From the NCBI RefSeq assembly GCF_009914755.1, contig NC_060927.1: 64,000 bases of DNA; one strand, given 5' to 3'. The position numbers were made by a program, and so were the translations under genes. Positions 1 through 13,802 of this stretch are shown here, one piece after another. The notes under the pieces are model-generated. The model was not told where the DNA came from. It saw only the letters and a program-made list of their open reading frames with translations, and searched no databases. Positions within the stretch are counted from its first letter, which is position 1; each line of letters begins with the position of its first letter. This stretch comes from the human T2T-CHM13v2.0 reference genome, Homo sapiens.

Positions 1-148
1 AAAGATGTGTTCGCTTTCACTTCTGCCATGATTGTGAATTTCCTGAGGCCTCCCCAGCCATGCAGAACTGTGAGTCAATTAAACCTCTTTCCTTTAAATA
101 TCCACTCATGGGCAGTCCTATATAGCAGCATGAGAATGAACTAATACA
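1..148 (+). mobile_element. 3' part of a THE1/MST (ERVL-MaLR) LTR, cut by the window edge
   Basis: CCATGATTGTGAATTTCCTGAGGCCTCCCCAGCCATGCAGAACTGTGAGTCAATTAAACCTC...ACTAATACA is the typical THE1/MST LTR 3' end. Confidence 0.9.
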
Positions 149-429
149 CGGTTTCAGTCTTTTTTCTAAGATTACACGACCACAAACAACTTCTCACATT
201 GCATCTTTGTTAATATTCCCTGAAACTACTCTATTTGAAACCCAATTAGGAAATTACTGTAGCAAAATTTTCAATAATTTGTGAAATAATAATTAGGTGC
301 TTAATTCTTTACAGTATTGGATTTCAAACTTTTCAAGTATGAGGGTTTTAAAAATAAAAAATAATTTTATGCCCCCCCCATAAAATAGTAGTTGGACTGG
401 ATGTGTGATTAAAAGTATTCATAGCTGAA

Positions 430-981
<552 letters not shown>

Positions 982-3114
982 CTATGTATAATATCCACAA
1001 GTTAAAAATTAAGCAACTTATAAAATGAATATTTGATTAACATCAACCCACATATTTGGAATATAATAGCGCCTACTTGTGCAAGATATTTATTTAGTCT
1101 GCCTTCAGTACATGGTGTCTACATGAATTTACAATTCTTTGTAACACTCTGGGGAGTAACTCAGCCATTTGAGAGTGACTGAAGGTTTTTGAAAAGAGAA
1201 ATGACAGAAAGAAAGGTATATTTAACACAATAAATTTTCTGGGAAGAATGTAGAGAAGATTCAGTCAATGAGAGAGAGGTGGCAATGAGATCAGTGGAAA
1301 AACTCTCATATTCCCCAAGGGCTGTGTGCATGTAAGCATTATTTCACTAAAACATCAATAAATGGCTTCAAGGCAAGAATTTTATCATATGCTTTAAAAA
1401 TGGTCAACTCTTTTCAGCATAAATGAAATAAATCAAGTCCAAAAAAGGTCTAAAAGGAAGCACAGAAAGAGAGGTAAAAGAGAAAGTTAGGAGATATCTT
1501 ATTTCTAATATATAAAGCTGATGCTGATGCCATTCTTCACCAGCACTGCTCAATATTGTGGCCTTGAGTGGCCCATATCCAGGCCAATAAAGGAAACTTT
1601 GATATGAAATGAAAGATGAAGAAAGATGTATCAACTATAAGTCCCTGCCTTAAAAGAGCTATTATGGGTTCCTAACAGATTGCTTACCTAACCTGTAATC
1701 CAAGTCATTGGGATAACATTTATATTCAAACAGCATTTGAAGTGCAGAATATATGGACCATACCTGAATTTAGTATTTTTTCAACATGTTTCTAAAGCAG
1801 ATGATTTGGTGCAATGCCAGCTTACATGTGGGGATAAAGAAAAGTCTATGGATTGAACCTGTATGCATTTTTGCTGAAATATGGATTAAAATCAGAAAAT
1901 AGGTTAAAATTCAGGGGAAATCAGGTTAAATGAAATTTAGATAAATTATATCAAAAATGTAACAATTTCTCAGAGAGATAACATAATGCTTATTGCAGTA
2001 TTGCTAAATCCCAGGTTTGTTAATTAATAGATAAAGAAATCTACTTTAATTGCATCTAATTAAGATAATTTAGACTCCAGAGTATTCTGTGTTGTTGCAG
2101 AAAAGAAAGTAAGAATGAAGACTAATGGTAGAGAACGTAGGTCTCTCTGCTTTTGCAGATACATGTTATAACTAATAATTTTAAATATTTAAATACTTTA
2201 ATTAGAAAATTTTAAGTAAATAGTTGAATTAGAAACGTTTAAGAGCATTATAATTTTATCACCAATGCTTTTTTAAAAAAATAAACACATCTACAGCCCA
2301 TATGTTATTATAATGTATTGAATACTTAATAATCTGTTTTTAATTACTTCTGTTACATCAAAATGAGTCTTTACTGACAATGTGTCTCACTAAAGTTAAA
2401 TATGAGATTTGTTTTAGAAATATCTGTGTGCAAGCCATACATTTTCATGACTCACCTCAGGTTAAAGGAGGTAGTGCACATGCAGGGAACCCAATAAAGG
2501 ACAAATTACCAAGCAGAAGAAATTCTAGTACATGCAGCTAGGATCTGTTTCATCTGAAGGAGTCATGGCATACAAGGCAATACAAGGCAAAACTAGAGAC
2601 CCATCTTCAAAAGGTATCTTTGCTATTCAAGGCCTAATGGTGCTAGCTCACAAATGACTTCTGTTCAATCTACTGTTTCTCTTTGGCCCCTTCCATGTAT
2701 TTGTCCACATTACAGTATAAGCGGACTTGTAATTCTATCAAAAAAGGAGTCAATGAGTTAGAACAATTTCCCTTAAATAGAACTGCGATAATGACATATT
2801 TCATAACAGACATACCATACATATAATTTTATCAAGATAGAATGATCTGCTCCTTATTATACTTCTAAAATACTCAGATATTTTAAAAAGCTCAATAGAG
2901 TATCTTCATCACTCCTACAATAAATGTAGTCCCTAAAACCCAGCATCACAGGTAATTTTAAGTATTCCTTTTTATTTTAACAGAAAGCTGAGAAACAAAT
3001 AATTTCAATTAGAAATTTCAGTATAATAAAGTGAAAGATCTGTCAGAATTTTTGTTTTAATTAAAATCGAAGAAACAGATAGCCCATCATTTATATTTAG
3101 CTTCATTCTTTCCA

Positions 3115-3241
3115 AAGAAGAAAAAGAAAGAAAAGTAGAGAAAAAGGAGAGTAGGAGGAAAGGAAGGAGGGAAGGAGTAGGGCAGAGGAAGAGAGAAAGA
3201 GAGGAAGAGAGGAAAGGAGGAAGGGAAAAAGTAAGAAAAAA
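3115..3241. repeat. GA-rich (polypurine) low-complexity tract
   Basis: Nearly pure A/G run (GAAGAAAAAGAAAG...GGAAGGGAAAAA). Confidence 0.85.
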
Positions 3242-3554
3242 TGATTTTGGTGCTTTAATTTTAGCACTATAAAGCAGGACACTCTCTCAGAATTGCTGAT
3301 GTGGTTTCCTTATCTCTAGGTGCAAGACAATAGAAAGAGTCCTATAAGCCTTTTTGGTAAAGTGCTCTAGCACTTTCTAACTATTAAAAAACCTGCAGAT
3401 ATTAAAAAATTATCTGATTTATTGTTATTTCTAAAATTAAATTCACACACAAAAATGGAACTTGCTATAATCCACTGAGGAATGGAAATGACATACAGCA
3501 GCAGAGGTCATAAAATGTTTTGATATATCCCTTTAATCATATTAATTCAAAATT

Positions 3555-3770
3555 GGTTATTAATCACCTATTTTGTTCCAGACACTGAGCTAGGCATTTG
3601 ATGTATGTATCATTTTCAAGTCTCACAAGAACTCTGTGAGGTAGTTAGTTTTCTAATTTCATAAAAGAGGAAACTAAGTCTCAGGCATTCCTCAGTTGCC
3701 AATATCATGAGCTGTTGTCTTATGGAGCCAAGATTCAACGTGAAGCCTATTGCCAAAGCTGACTTGCTCT
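3555..3770 (-). mobile_element. MIR
   Basis: CCAGACACTGAGCTAGGCATTT...CTCACAAGAACTCTGTGAGGTAG...GAGGAAACTAAG...GGAGCCAAGATTCAA matches the reverse complement of MIR. Confidence 0.75.
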
Positions 3771-5834
3771 TCCTTCAAAACTTATACTGGCAGACGTAGT
3801 GAGTGGTTTATAAACACAGGGCTTTCTCCTATTTTGTAGAAACTTACAATATATTTAAGAACTAAAGAGGGCCACTTAAAATAACAAGCCAGTATATCAC
3901 CAGTGAATAAACCGAAGGGTAAGAAAATATGGACTCTGTCTCTGGAATCCAGTGGTAGATGTTTCAAGTGATTTAGGAAAAAATTAATGAATACAATAGT
4001 TGTTTCTTTTATTTTCTTTTGTCCAAGTTTATATATGCAATAAAAATATTTCTCAGCTTTTAGGAAGCATTGTTTACAGACCTAATTGTTAAGCGTTAAT
4101 TGACTTTAACTGCCTAATAAAATGAACTATGTAATCTTAGGAACTACTAGATCGTTGCACAGATTTTGAGTCTTTTTATCAAGGAATCTTCCTTCTGCTC
4201 CATCCTGCACTACACACATACATTACCCTCACAGGTAAGTCTTTCCAGTAGTGCAAACTCTAGGTGATTCTGAGCCTCCTTGGACAAGTTGGAAATTCCA
4301 CTGTTAACCATTTTTTAAAGATACAGGGAATGGAAGGTACAAAAATGGCACTTAAAAACATCTGTGTCTTTCCAAGCCCCTTTTTAAAAGTGAAAAGTGA
4401 TATGTTGCTACCATCACATAAATATAAGTGAGGAGTCAGAGAAAGATACAGCCCATGGGCCTCAGATGCTTGCCAGAGAATGTTAATGCTCTATTTTATA
4501 TTGTTATCACACAAAATTCTATGTGTTCATTGCTTATTTTGATTTCTTTGCCTTCCACAAAAGGTTCAACTGGACTATGTAGAATTAAGATTGATTCTGT
4601 GGAATGGTTACAGAACTACAAACAGAAAGTAGTATTCTTCTCAGCAACCTCACACAGGACAAGGTGGTGGTTGCAGTGGTAATTAGCAAGTGGTCCCCAG
4701 GAGAATGTGAGAATTGGGGATTAAAATTAGTATTCCAGTTTCAAGTACCAATTCCAATATGGACTTTTCCATTTATCGTCAAATGGAAACTCTTTTGTTG
4801 AGGGAGGCGGCAGTGTTTCCTACTCCCCAAAATTACCCAGTGTGAGAGTTTCATAAAATTAAAGTATTTTGGACATTATCACATTCATTTCCAACACATA
4901 GTAAACAAAGGAGAGGTTATTATGCAATATTCCAGTGTTATAATAATAAGAAAGTAAATTGTTTTCATGAAAACATAGTGTCATTGAATTACTTTTTCTT
5001 TCAAAGATAATACTTTAAACTAATTCTAGGAACCTAGAAATACTAACCTTGGACAGAGACCTTGTTTTTAAAATCAAATGTCATCAAATGCAATCAAATA
5101 TATGGTTCATTCAGCGCCACTTCAGGGTCCAGAAAATATCAAGTAATGTTATTTGCTCAACAGGGGACTCCCTAAACATTTTTGTATCAAAGTCTGATAC
5201 TTAGGGAGCTCTTGCTTTATAGAATTCAATTTCAAGTTTTGTTATGCAGATTCAGATTTGTTCTGAAGCAGCAGCTGAAGATTCTGCTTTTGTAGATATC
5301 TAAACTAGACAGACCTGACTTTGGAAGTAGCTATTGACTTTCTGTATCCTAGGCAGTTTCATATTGATCTTGAGGCAACTCAATTACCCGCACCTGGAAG
5401 AGGCAATGAATTTGAATAGTGTTCATGGCTTTTTTATACATCTTTTTCTCCCTTTGTGAAGGGCAATGACTTACACTTTGCAAAATGAATTAGCAAGGAG
5501 ATACTCTTGTTCTCTTCTTGAAGGTAATAGAAAAGAGTCTTTAAGATAAAGCACTTTCTAGTCGAGTGTTGAGGTTATTTATGAATACCTATTCTATTCA
5601 ATTTTCATAGTCTAGATGATTAAAGTGTTTTTCTTTTTTTAAAAAAATTGAGGCTAGCTAAATGTTAAACTTCAAATAGTTGAGGTTTAAAGAAGTAATC
5701 GATGTCTCTTTTCCCAAAGTTAATAATAGAAAAAAAAAACATTATCTCCCGAGAAGAAGAGAGGCATATTGCAGAATAATCAAATTACTTTTCATTGAAG
5801 AGTAACTACGGGATTTTTTTTATATGGAACTATA

Positions 5835-6215
5835 ACATTTCAGAGGTGGAAGGACACTCGAGAATGAGCTTTCAAATAAGAACTGAAATGATGTCTGCAG
5901 TGTGACCGACTCCATCATATACTATTGGTGTGATATCTGCTAAGCTACTTGGCATTACGATCCAAGTAACTTTAGGGCTTTTGGAATAAATGCAGATTAT
6001 TACCACACCATCTCATAAGAGTTGTTATCAAGGGTAAATTAGATAATATGTGCAAATGCTTTATTCCAGTTCCTGGCACAAATTAAATGATCAAGCATAT
6101 GATTAACTAGTTCAACTCCATTATTTAACAGGTGAAGTAAGAACTAGAAATATTTTAAATCACTCAATTAAGGTAACAAGGCTAATTAGCAGCAAAATTG
6201 TAATTAAAAGTATGA
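5835..6215. mobile_element. Degenerate MIR fragments in both orientations
   Basis: + strand MIR 3' half at ~5985-6105 (CTCATAAGAGTTGTT...CAGTTCCTGGCACA); opposite-strand MIR-like pieces at ~5835-5865 and ~6107-6215. Confidence 0.55.
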
Positions 6216-7630
6216 AACCTGGCATTTTGAAATTTACATTTTAAATAGAATTATGTTCAATTCTTATATTCATGTTGATAGATACCTCTTAAGCAATGCA
6301 CATATTTTTTGAGCATTGCTTCTTCTATTCTAAGAATTAAACTAAACACTGTCGGAGATCAACAGATAAATCAGTACTTTCGTGAAGCTTATCATTTAAT
6401 AGAAAAAAATAAAAATGTAGGACTAGAATTATAACACAGAAACAACATTTCCTAAGAGGAAAGATCACGTTTAGTTGAATACAACTGGAAAAGTCTCCTT
6501 AGATAAACTATTGTTGAGATGTATTTTAAAAATAGATGTACCTTTTCCCTGCCAAAGGCTTACTTACAACTTACGTGTCTACTTGAACGTCCTCCCAAGG
6601 ATATGTGACTCTCACAACTCTGCTTCCTCTGACTCTTCCCTTTATACCTTTTTGTTGTTGCTATAAATATTTTATTTCATGCTAAATTTATAATCACCCA
6701 GGAGGTTTATTGTTTAAAAGTTATAATCATATCATGTTTTAAAAACATAAAAGAAAAAAAGCAACTAATAAAATCACCTGGTTTTAGAAGTTTCTCTAGC
6801 CTTTCGTTTGCGCTTATTTATTTTTGCGTGACAATTGTGAAATCCAAACAAAGAAAAGAACATTTTCTTTATCTCTAATTATCTGTGCTTTTATGTGAGC
6901 GACTCCAAATTTTATTTTAAAATCATTGGAAAAAAAATAAGAAGGCTTGTCATAGTGTCTGATTAACTTTTTAATTGTACTTTAAATCTTGGCTCAGCTT
7001 TAACCATCTGTCCATGTATCACTTCACTCTCCATAGCTGCTAGGCTCAATTAGAGACCCATCTGAGGAGTTCTCTCAGCACTTTGGGACACAGTACTCAT
7101 CACGTTGAAGGGTCATCATATGTGTTCCCATTTTTTTCTCTGCAGGAAAGTGAGCTTCTGGAAGGCTGTATCTGAGTCCTGTTCCTCCAATATTCAATGA
7201 ATGCTGTCTGAATGGATCAATCAAATGGAGCTCTGTTTCAATAAGAATTTACCATGCAAAACAAGAAGACAAAGGAGTTTCTAAAACGGAGCGGGTATCA
7301 AAAGTAGTCTAGGAACAGAATTATTGGAACAGTTTACACATTATCAGAAAAATACAAACAGTAGTAATTGTCCTGAGATAAAAGAAAAAGAAGGTCAAAA
7401 ATAGGAAGAAATCTAAGCTGTTAGACAGTCATTATAAAGGCTTGTTTGCTTTAATTTTCTCATTTAATTATGATATTTCTGTTCATTCAATATACTTGGA
7501 TAAATATTGTTTAAACATGTTTTATGAATATTACAGTGAAAAAGAGTAATAATTCTAAAGAAAAAAAGGTTAAAAAGTATAAAGCTCAATTTAAAAGAAA
7601 ATGTCTAAAAGAAGCTTTGAATAAAAGCTA

Positions 7631-7649
7631 TGATGCCCTCTGGTGTGCA
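7631..7649 (-). promoter_or_regulatory. Candidate CTCF motif
   Basis: Minus strand TGCACACCAGAGGGCATCA vs consensus TGGCCACCAGGGGGCGCTA; motif match only. Confidence 0.35.
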
Positions 7650-8519
7650 CACATTTTAGAACCAGTCTAATACAGACTTTACATATATATTCACTACATA
7701 CTAATTGCTTAAAAATTCCATTAGAAAGTATAACAATTCACAATATACTTAATTTCAAAAGACCCAAAATACTAACATAAACTATTTCATAAATTTTTAA
7801 AATATAGATGCAAATGAGCCTAGTTTTTTTCTGTTTGTGGGTGTGGTAGTAATTTCTGACTAAAATGTCAAAGCCTAAGTTCTCAATGAGCTTGTCTGCA
7901 ACTCATCAGAGAATTATGAATAAACATGGATGGAGGAGTATGCAGATTTCCTAATAGAAAAGCCATGAATGTTTTAACACCCAGGGGTTCAAATTATAAT
8001 AAAGGGATAGCACCTGTCACTGGAGGCAAAATACAAGATCACCTTTTCAATCCCAGGAGCAATTAAATCACAGACAATTTAGCCTCTCTCTGGAAAGCAG
8101 TGTCTCCAAAGAATCCATGTGTATGTATATCTCAGAGTGCCACAAGTAAAGAGGTTGCTTTAAATCCCTCTTCTTAGTATTTCCCATATATCTTATGAAA
8201 AGGTTCCCCACCACCAATTAAAGGATGATTTCCTGTATTTTACTAAATTATGAGAGGACATACTTACATGGCCTCTTCTGATTATGACAGCTGATCACTA
8301 ATATGATGTGACCTCCCCATTTCATGTACTTTTGTGCAGCCGTGATTTCTGCATTGAAGCTTTGGTAAAAATGTTTCAATTCATTTGTCTAATGGCGTAT
8401 TTTTACAGGAAAAATACCGAGAAAAATTATATTGAACTCTCTGGAGAATCTATGCAGCTTGTTTAACAGATGTGTATTCATCTGAGAAAATGCATGCACT
8501 GGCCATGCTTATATCCTAT

Positions 8520-8960
8520 TCTGAAGGATGACTCATGCAGTTTCCTGTGTTTCTAGCATCAATATGCCACCACTCTGATGACAGCTTCTTACTCTAGGGA
8601 TTAGAAGGAGGTTCCTATGACGCAGACTGGTCCTCGGCCTCTCATCCAGGTGGCAGAGTGGAGTAAAAGGCAAGAACGCAGGCAACAGAGAAGTTCAAGA
8701 CTGAAGAATCCAGGAGGAAGCAGAAGAAACAAGTCCCGCAGAGCAGAGCCCATGAAGCAAAGATGCTTGAAGCTTAAATACCAAAGAGGGGAGAACTGCA
8801 GTAAGAGGGGAAGTGTACGCTTCTGAAAAAACTCTGGGTGGCAGCAGGGGAGTCGAGCTTCTGGAGCAGGACACGCATTACTGTTCCAGAAAGCACAAGC
8901 ACACTCTTCCACACGCTACAACCTCTGCTCTCTGAGGCCTGCCAAGGCGGCAACATAGAT
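8520..8960. promoter_or_regulatory. GC-elevated unique segment: candidate enhancer/promoter or non-coding exon
   Basis: Much higher GC and more CpGs than flanks; AP-1 TGACTCA at 8529-8535, ETS-like TTTCCTG at 8541-8547; + strand acceptor-like TTCTTACTCTAG|G ending at 8598. Confidence 0.35.
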
Positions 8961-9412
8961 GATTTTCTCTCTTTCTGACTGCCCTTAATGAATATATATT
9001 TACTGAAGTTACCTTAACAACTAACCATTCTTTTTAGCCTAAAATGCATATCCAGAGTATGCACTGTACTCAAATGACTTCACTATCTGCATATCACATA
9101 CTCAATAGTGTCAGTTCCAAAAATGGTCCATTACAATGAAAGAAAAAAATAAAAGAGAGTTTTAAAAGCCAGAAATTTAGTTCTGTGAAAACATACAAAT
9201 TTGATATGGAGAAGATAAATTTTGGAACACTACAGAGTTCCTGAGTTTACTGCATAAATGATGGAAGTCAAGAATAGCAATCAAGAATTAATTCATGTAT
9301 TCCATAACATTTTTGAGCTTCTTTTATAAACCAGGCTTTTAAAAATTAACTACTAGAAACTGAAAGATTGTAAAATGAAGTTCTATGTTCAAAATTAATT
9401 TTTAGATATTCA

Positions 9413-10132
<720 letters not shown>

Positions 10133-10523
10133 AAACCTGAATATGAAGAATTAATTTACAAAAAGGACTATGGTTTTTAAATATTCTAAAGATGTAGTCT
10201 GTCAAATTTCCACATACAAAAATGGAAAATAAGTATATAATTATATATAATGTATTATAATTATGTCTATATATATGCAATATACATATAAAGTTGAAAA
10301 TATGAGTGTGCACAGGCACACATGAAAGTCTAAAAAGAATCTTTTGGTAACAATGCCTTGGCTGGAAGACTTAATTTTGGTTAAATAAAATACAGCAATC
10401 TAACCTCGCCCAATAATTGCCACATGAAAATTATTTCTGCCAAGTCTATACTGATATCTATCTTCCTAAAATATAGTTGAATAGACATAACTTTCTCTGG
10501 CTTTTATTTTAACTATTGTCATA

Positions 10524-10883
10524 TTTCTTAAACCATTCAGGCTCCTGTACCAAAATACCACAAACTATGTGATGATAAACAACAGTAATTTGTTTCTTAC
10601 AATTCTGAAGGCTGGAATGTCCAAGATCATGATGCCAGCAGATTCAGTGTCTGGTAAGAATCTGCTTCCTCTTAGACAGCTATATTCTTATCCTAACCTC
10701 ATACAGTGGAAGGGGTGAGGGGTATCTTTTGACCCTCTCCTATAAGAGCAATGATTTTATTTGTGCAGATTCCACTCCTATACATAATCACCTCCCAAAA
10801 GCCCCACGACCTAATACAATCATTTTGGGAGTGAAGATTACAACATACGTATTTTGGAGGGACATAAACATTTATACCATAGA
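10524..10883 (-). mobile_element. MLT1A-type solo LTR (ERVL-MaLR)
   Basis: AAAATACCACAAACT...GGCTGGAATGTCCAAGATCA...CAGCAGATTCAGTGTCTGGT...AATCACCTCCCAAAAGCCCCAC...GGACATAAACATT. Confidence 0.85.
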
Positions 10884-10895
10884 GCCATACATATA

Positions 10896-11218
10896 CAGGT
10901 TGAGCACCCTTAAGCTGAAAATATAAAATTCAAAATGCCCCATACTCTGAAACTTTTTGAGTGCCAACATGACACCAGAAGTGAAAGATTCACACTTGAC
11001 CTCATGGGACTGGTGCATAAAAGTATTTAAAATGTTACATAAGATAATGTTCAGGTTATGCATACATGAAATAAAAATGAATTTTGTGTTTTAACTTTGG
11101 TCCCATCCCCAAGGCATTTCATTATGTATATTCAAATATTCCCAGATCCCCCCAAAATATGAAATCTGTAAGAAACACTTCTTGTCCCAAGCATCTTGGA
11201 TTGGGAATATTCAACCTG
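10896..11218. mobile_element. Tigger4/Zombi-type non-autonomous DNA transposon (TcMar-Tigger)
   Basis: Terminal inverted repeats CAGGTTGAG...TTCAACCTG flanked by TA on both sides; internal GAAACTTTTTGAGTGCCAACATGAC. Confidence 0.88.
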
Positions 11219-12094
11219 TAGTTGGAGGGCACTGACATTAAAAATTGCCAAACTTAGGTGCAATTTGCTAAAAGGTGGAGGAGATCTAGAACTAAGTTAA
11301 TGACAAGAAAAGAGACCACAGAATTGAGTAGTATTTCAAATCAACATAATCTTTTTCTCATTTTTTTAAATTCACAAAAATTAAGGTAACGGGCAATTGC
11401 TAACATGTACTAAAATTTCCAGTGCTACCTAGTTTACACAGCAATTCCCAGTTTTTTAATAGAAACTGAATCTTCTTCATACTAAGTCCTGAGAGGCTGA
11501 TGACTTTTAAAATAATAGCCCTTTTAAATATTGTCCTTGAAAAGCCAAAATAAAGCTTTGATTTAAAAAAAATGCTATATATGTATGTGTGCATGGATAT
11601 GTATCTGTGTGTGTCTGTGTGTGTGTTTGTGTGTGTATGCCACAATAAAACAGGTTCACATTTGCTCGCTGTTTAGTAGAAAATGAAAGATTTTGTTACT
11701 TTGAATAGCTTAGTTGAAAATGTTTAGCATTTCTAGTTGTGAAGCGTAAAAAAGAAAAGCCTTTCAATGCATACTACCTATTGTCTGGTCAAAATGAAGA
11801 GTGCAGTTATATATACCAATTATTTCATCAAAATATATTACTTAGAATAGAATTTCTCAAGTTATTAGGCCATTGTAAATTCCTAAGATGTCTACTATAT
11901 TTCCTTATTTCTGGGTACTGATTCTGAGACTTTGAACCAAAATATCCCAAGAAGGGATTATGAGTCTAAGTTGTAATCATTTACGCAGGTGTCTTATTAC
12001 TCAGATAAATTTGGGAACTATTTCTTCCTTAGTGGTTAATAAGAAAGGTATGGACGGAAAGAGAAACGTGCATTCAAGCATTGCTTATCAAATC

Positions 12095-12290
12095 AGATTT
12101 GTCAAATCTGATTTCTCCATAAGATCACTTGGGAAATTCTATAAAATCCAGATTTGGGGGCCTTGTTGTAGATGTACCTGTTTAAGAAAGTTTAGGAATC
12201 ATAATATTTTAAAAGCTTCCCAAATCAAATTTGTATTCAATTTGTCTGAATATATCTGCGGGCTTTTTGGAGAGCTGAGATGAAAAATTG
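12095..12290. mobile_element. Possible MER5-type hAT-Charlie remnant
   Basis: ATCACTTGGGAAATTCTATAAAATCCAGATT...ATTTTAAAAGCTTCCC resembles MER5. Confidence 0.4.
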
Positions 12291-12504
12291 CTCTGATAAA
12301 TCACTAAATTTGCATCACTTAGACTCCTAACAGTTTTTAATTTAATTTAATTTTATTTTATTAGAATACTTACATATTGTCATTTTGGATTTAATCCATT
12401 TTCTACTCTACACTGCTGTCAACTTTATCTTTGTCAACTCCCTATTTAATAAATATCTAGGATTCCTAAAGAAGTCCAAACCAGCTCAATATTTGCTCAT
12501 CAAT

Positions 12505-12660
12505 CTATTTATACATTCATTCTTTCAACAAAGACTTATTAAGTATATGTGTGGTTTTTTAGGAAACAATTATTGACTGATGAAACAAAAGACCAAGCCT
12601 ATGTTCTCAGAGTGTTTTCTTTCTAGAGGGAGGAGACATAAAATCAGATAAACAATACCA
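12505..12660 (-). mobile_element. L2 3' fragment
   Basis: CATTCATTCTTTCAACAAAGACTTATTAAG...TTCTAGAGGGGAGGAGACA. Confidence 0.55.
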
Positions 12661-12976
12661 ACATATATTGATAGAGAAATAGATAAAGCACAATTGTCAT
12701 CATTTTCTTGATAGCTATAACCAAGCCAATTAATTACAGGTACAGCATTTGAAGCCCATAGAACTCGAGGAAGTCCACAAATTAGTTATATGGGGGATAT
12801 ATTAAACTCTGAAATTAAATGCAAAAAATTATGTATATATGTATGTTCAAAATTTTCTGTGGAAATTATCCATTGCTATTGTCAGATGTTCAAAGGTATC
12901 ATTGTTACCCAATAAGAATTTTCTGATAGAAAATGTGTCTTACAAATTCAAAAGATTTCAGGTCTCAGTCAGAGAG

Positions 12977-13454
12977 TGTATTAGTTTATTATTGCTGCTG
13001 TAACAAACTACCATAAACTTAGTGGCTTAAAACCACACCAATTGAGGGCAGAAGTATGAAATCAATTTCATTTGGCCAAAGTCAAGGTGTCACCAGGCTG
13101 GATACTTCTTGAGGCTCTGGAGGGATTCCATTTCTTTGTTTTTTCTAGCTCCTCTAAGTCCCCTGTATTCCTTGGCCAGTGCCTTTTTCTCATCTTCAAA
13201 GCATATCACAAAGAGTTTGCTACTGCAGTCACATCTTCTCTGATACACTCTGATCATCTGCTCTCTCTTAGGAGGACCCTCATGATTATATTTGGGACCC
13301 ACCTGAATAATCCAGGAATATCTCCTCGACATCAACATTCTTAATTTAATCCCACTGACAAGATCTCTTTTGCCATATAAGGTAACATTAACAGATTCTG
13401 AGGATTAGGGTGTGGACATTTTTGGAAGGGAGTAGCATTATTCAGTCTACCACA
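12977..13454 (-). mobile_element. MLT1C/D-type solo LTR (ERVL-MaLR)
   Basis: TGTATTAGTT...TGCTGCTGTAACAAACTACCATAAACTTAGTGGCTTAAAAC...ATAATCCAGGA...CATTATTCAGTCTACCACA with TG...CA ends. Confidence 0.88.
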
Positions 13455-13588
13455 GTGGATTAAGGAGGTATTTAGGGAAGGCAATTACATAATTTATAAT
13501 CACTAAAATCATAAAATCTAGGTGGTCATCTTCTTTATGTTGATATACAGTCACAGGTACCTTTTTACAGATGTAATATAGTTTACAT

Positions 13589-13802
13589 CAAGGATTGGCA
13601 AGCTTTTTCTAAAAAGTAACTATTTTAGACTTTGTGGGTAATGTTATGTCTAGTGTAACTGACAAACCCTGCCACTGTACTGGGAAAGAACCCATAAGCA
13701 ATATATAAATTAATGAATAGGAATATGTTCAAATAAAACTTTATTTACAAAAACAGGAAGTGGGCAGCATTTGACCCATGGTCCAGAGTTTTCTGATCCC
13801 TG
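13589..13802. mobile_element. MER58A (hAT-Charlie MITE)
   Basis: CAAGGATTGGCAAGCTTTTTCT...AATAAAACTTTATTTACAAAAACAGG...TGATCCCTG; 8-bp TSD GTTTACAT/GTTTAGAT. Confidence 0.88.

Noticed and set aside
7125-7225. Strong acceptor TTTTTTTCTCTGCAG|GAAA followed by GTGAGC (apparent micro-exon)
   Set aside because: Appears to lie in a degenerate L2 3' end; no supporting exon context
8601-8956. Three overlapping short ORFs (69, 103 and 60 aa)
   Set aside because: No recognisable protein family; explained by locally higher GC; not called as CDS
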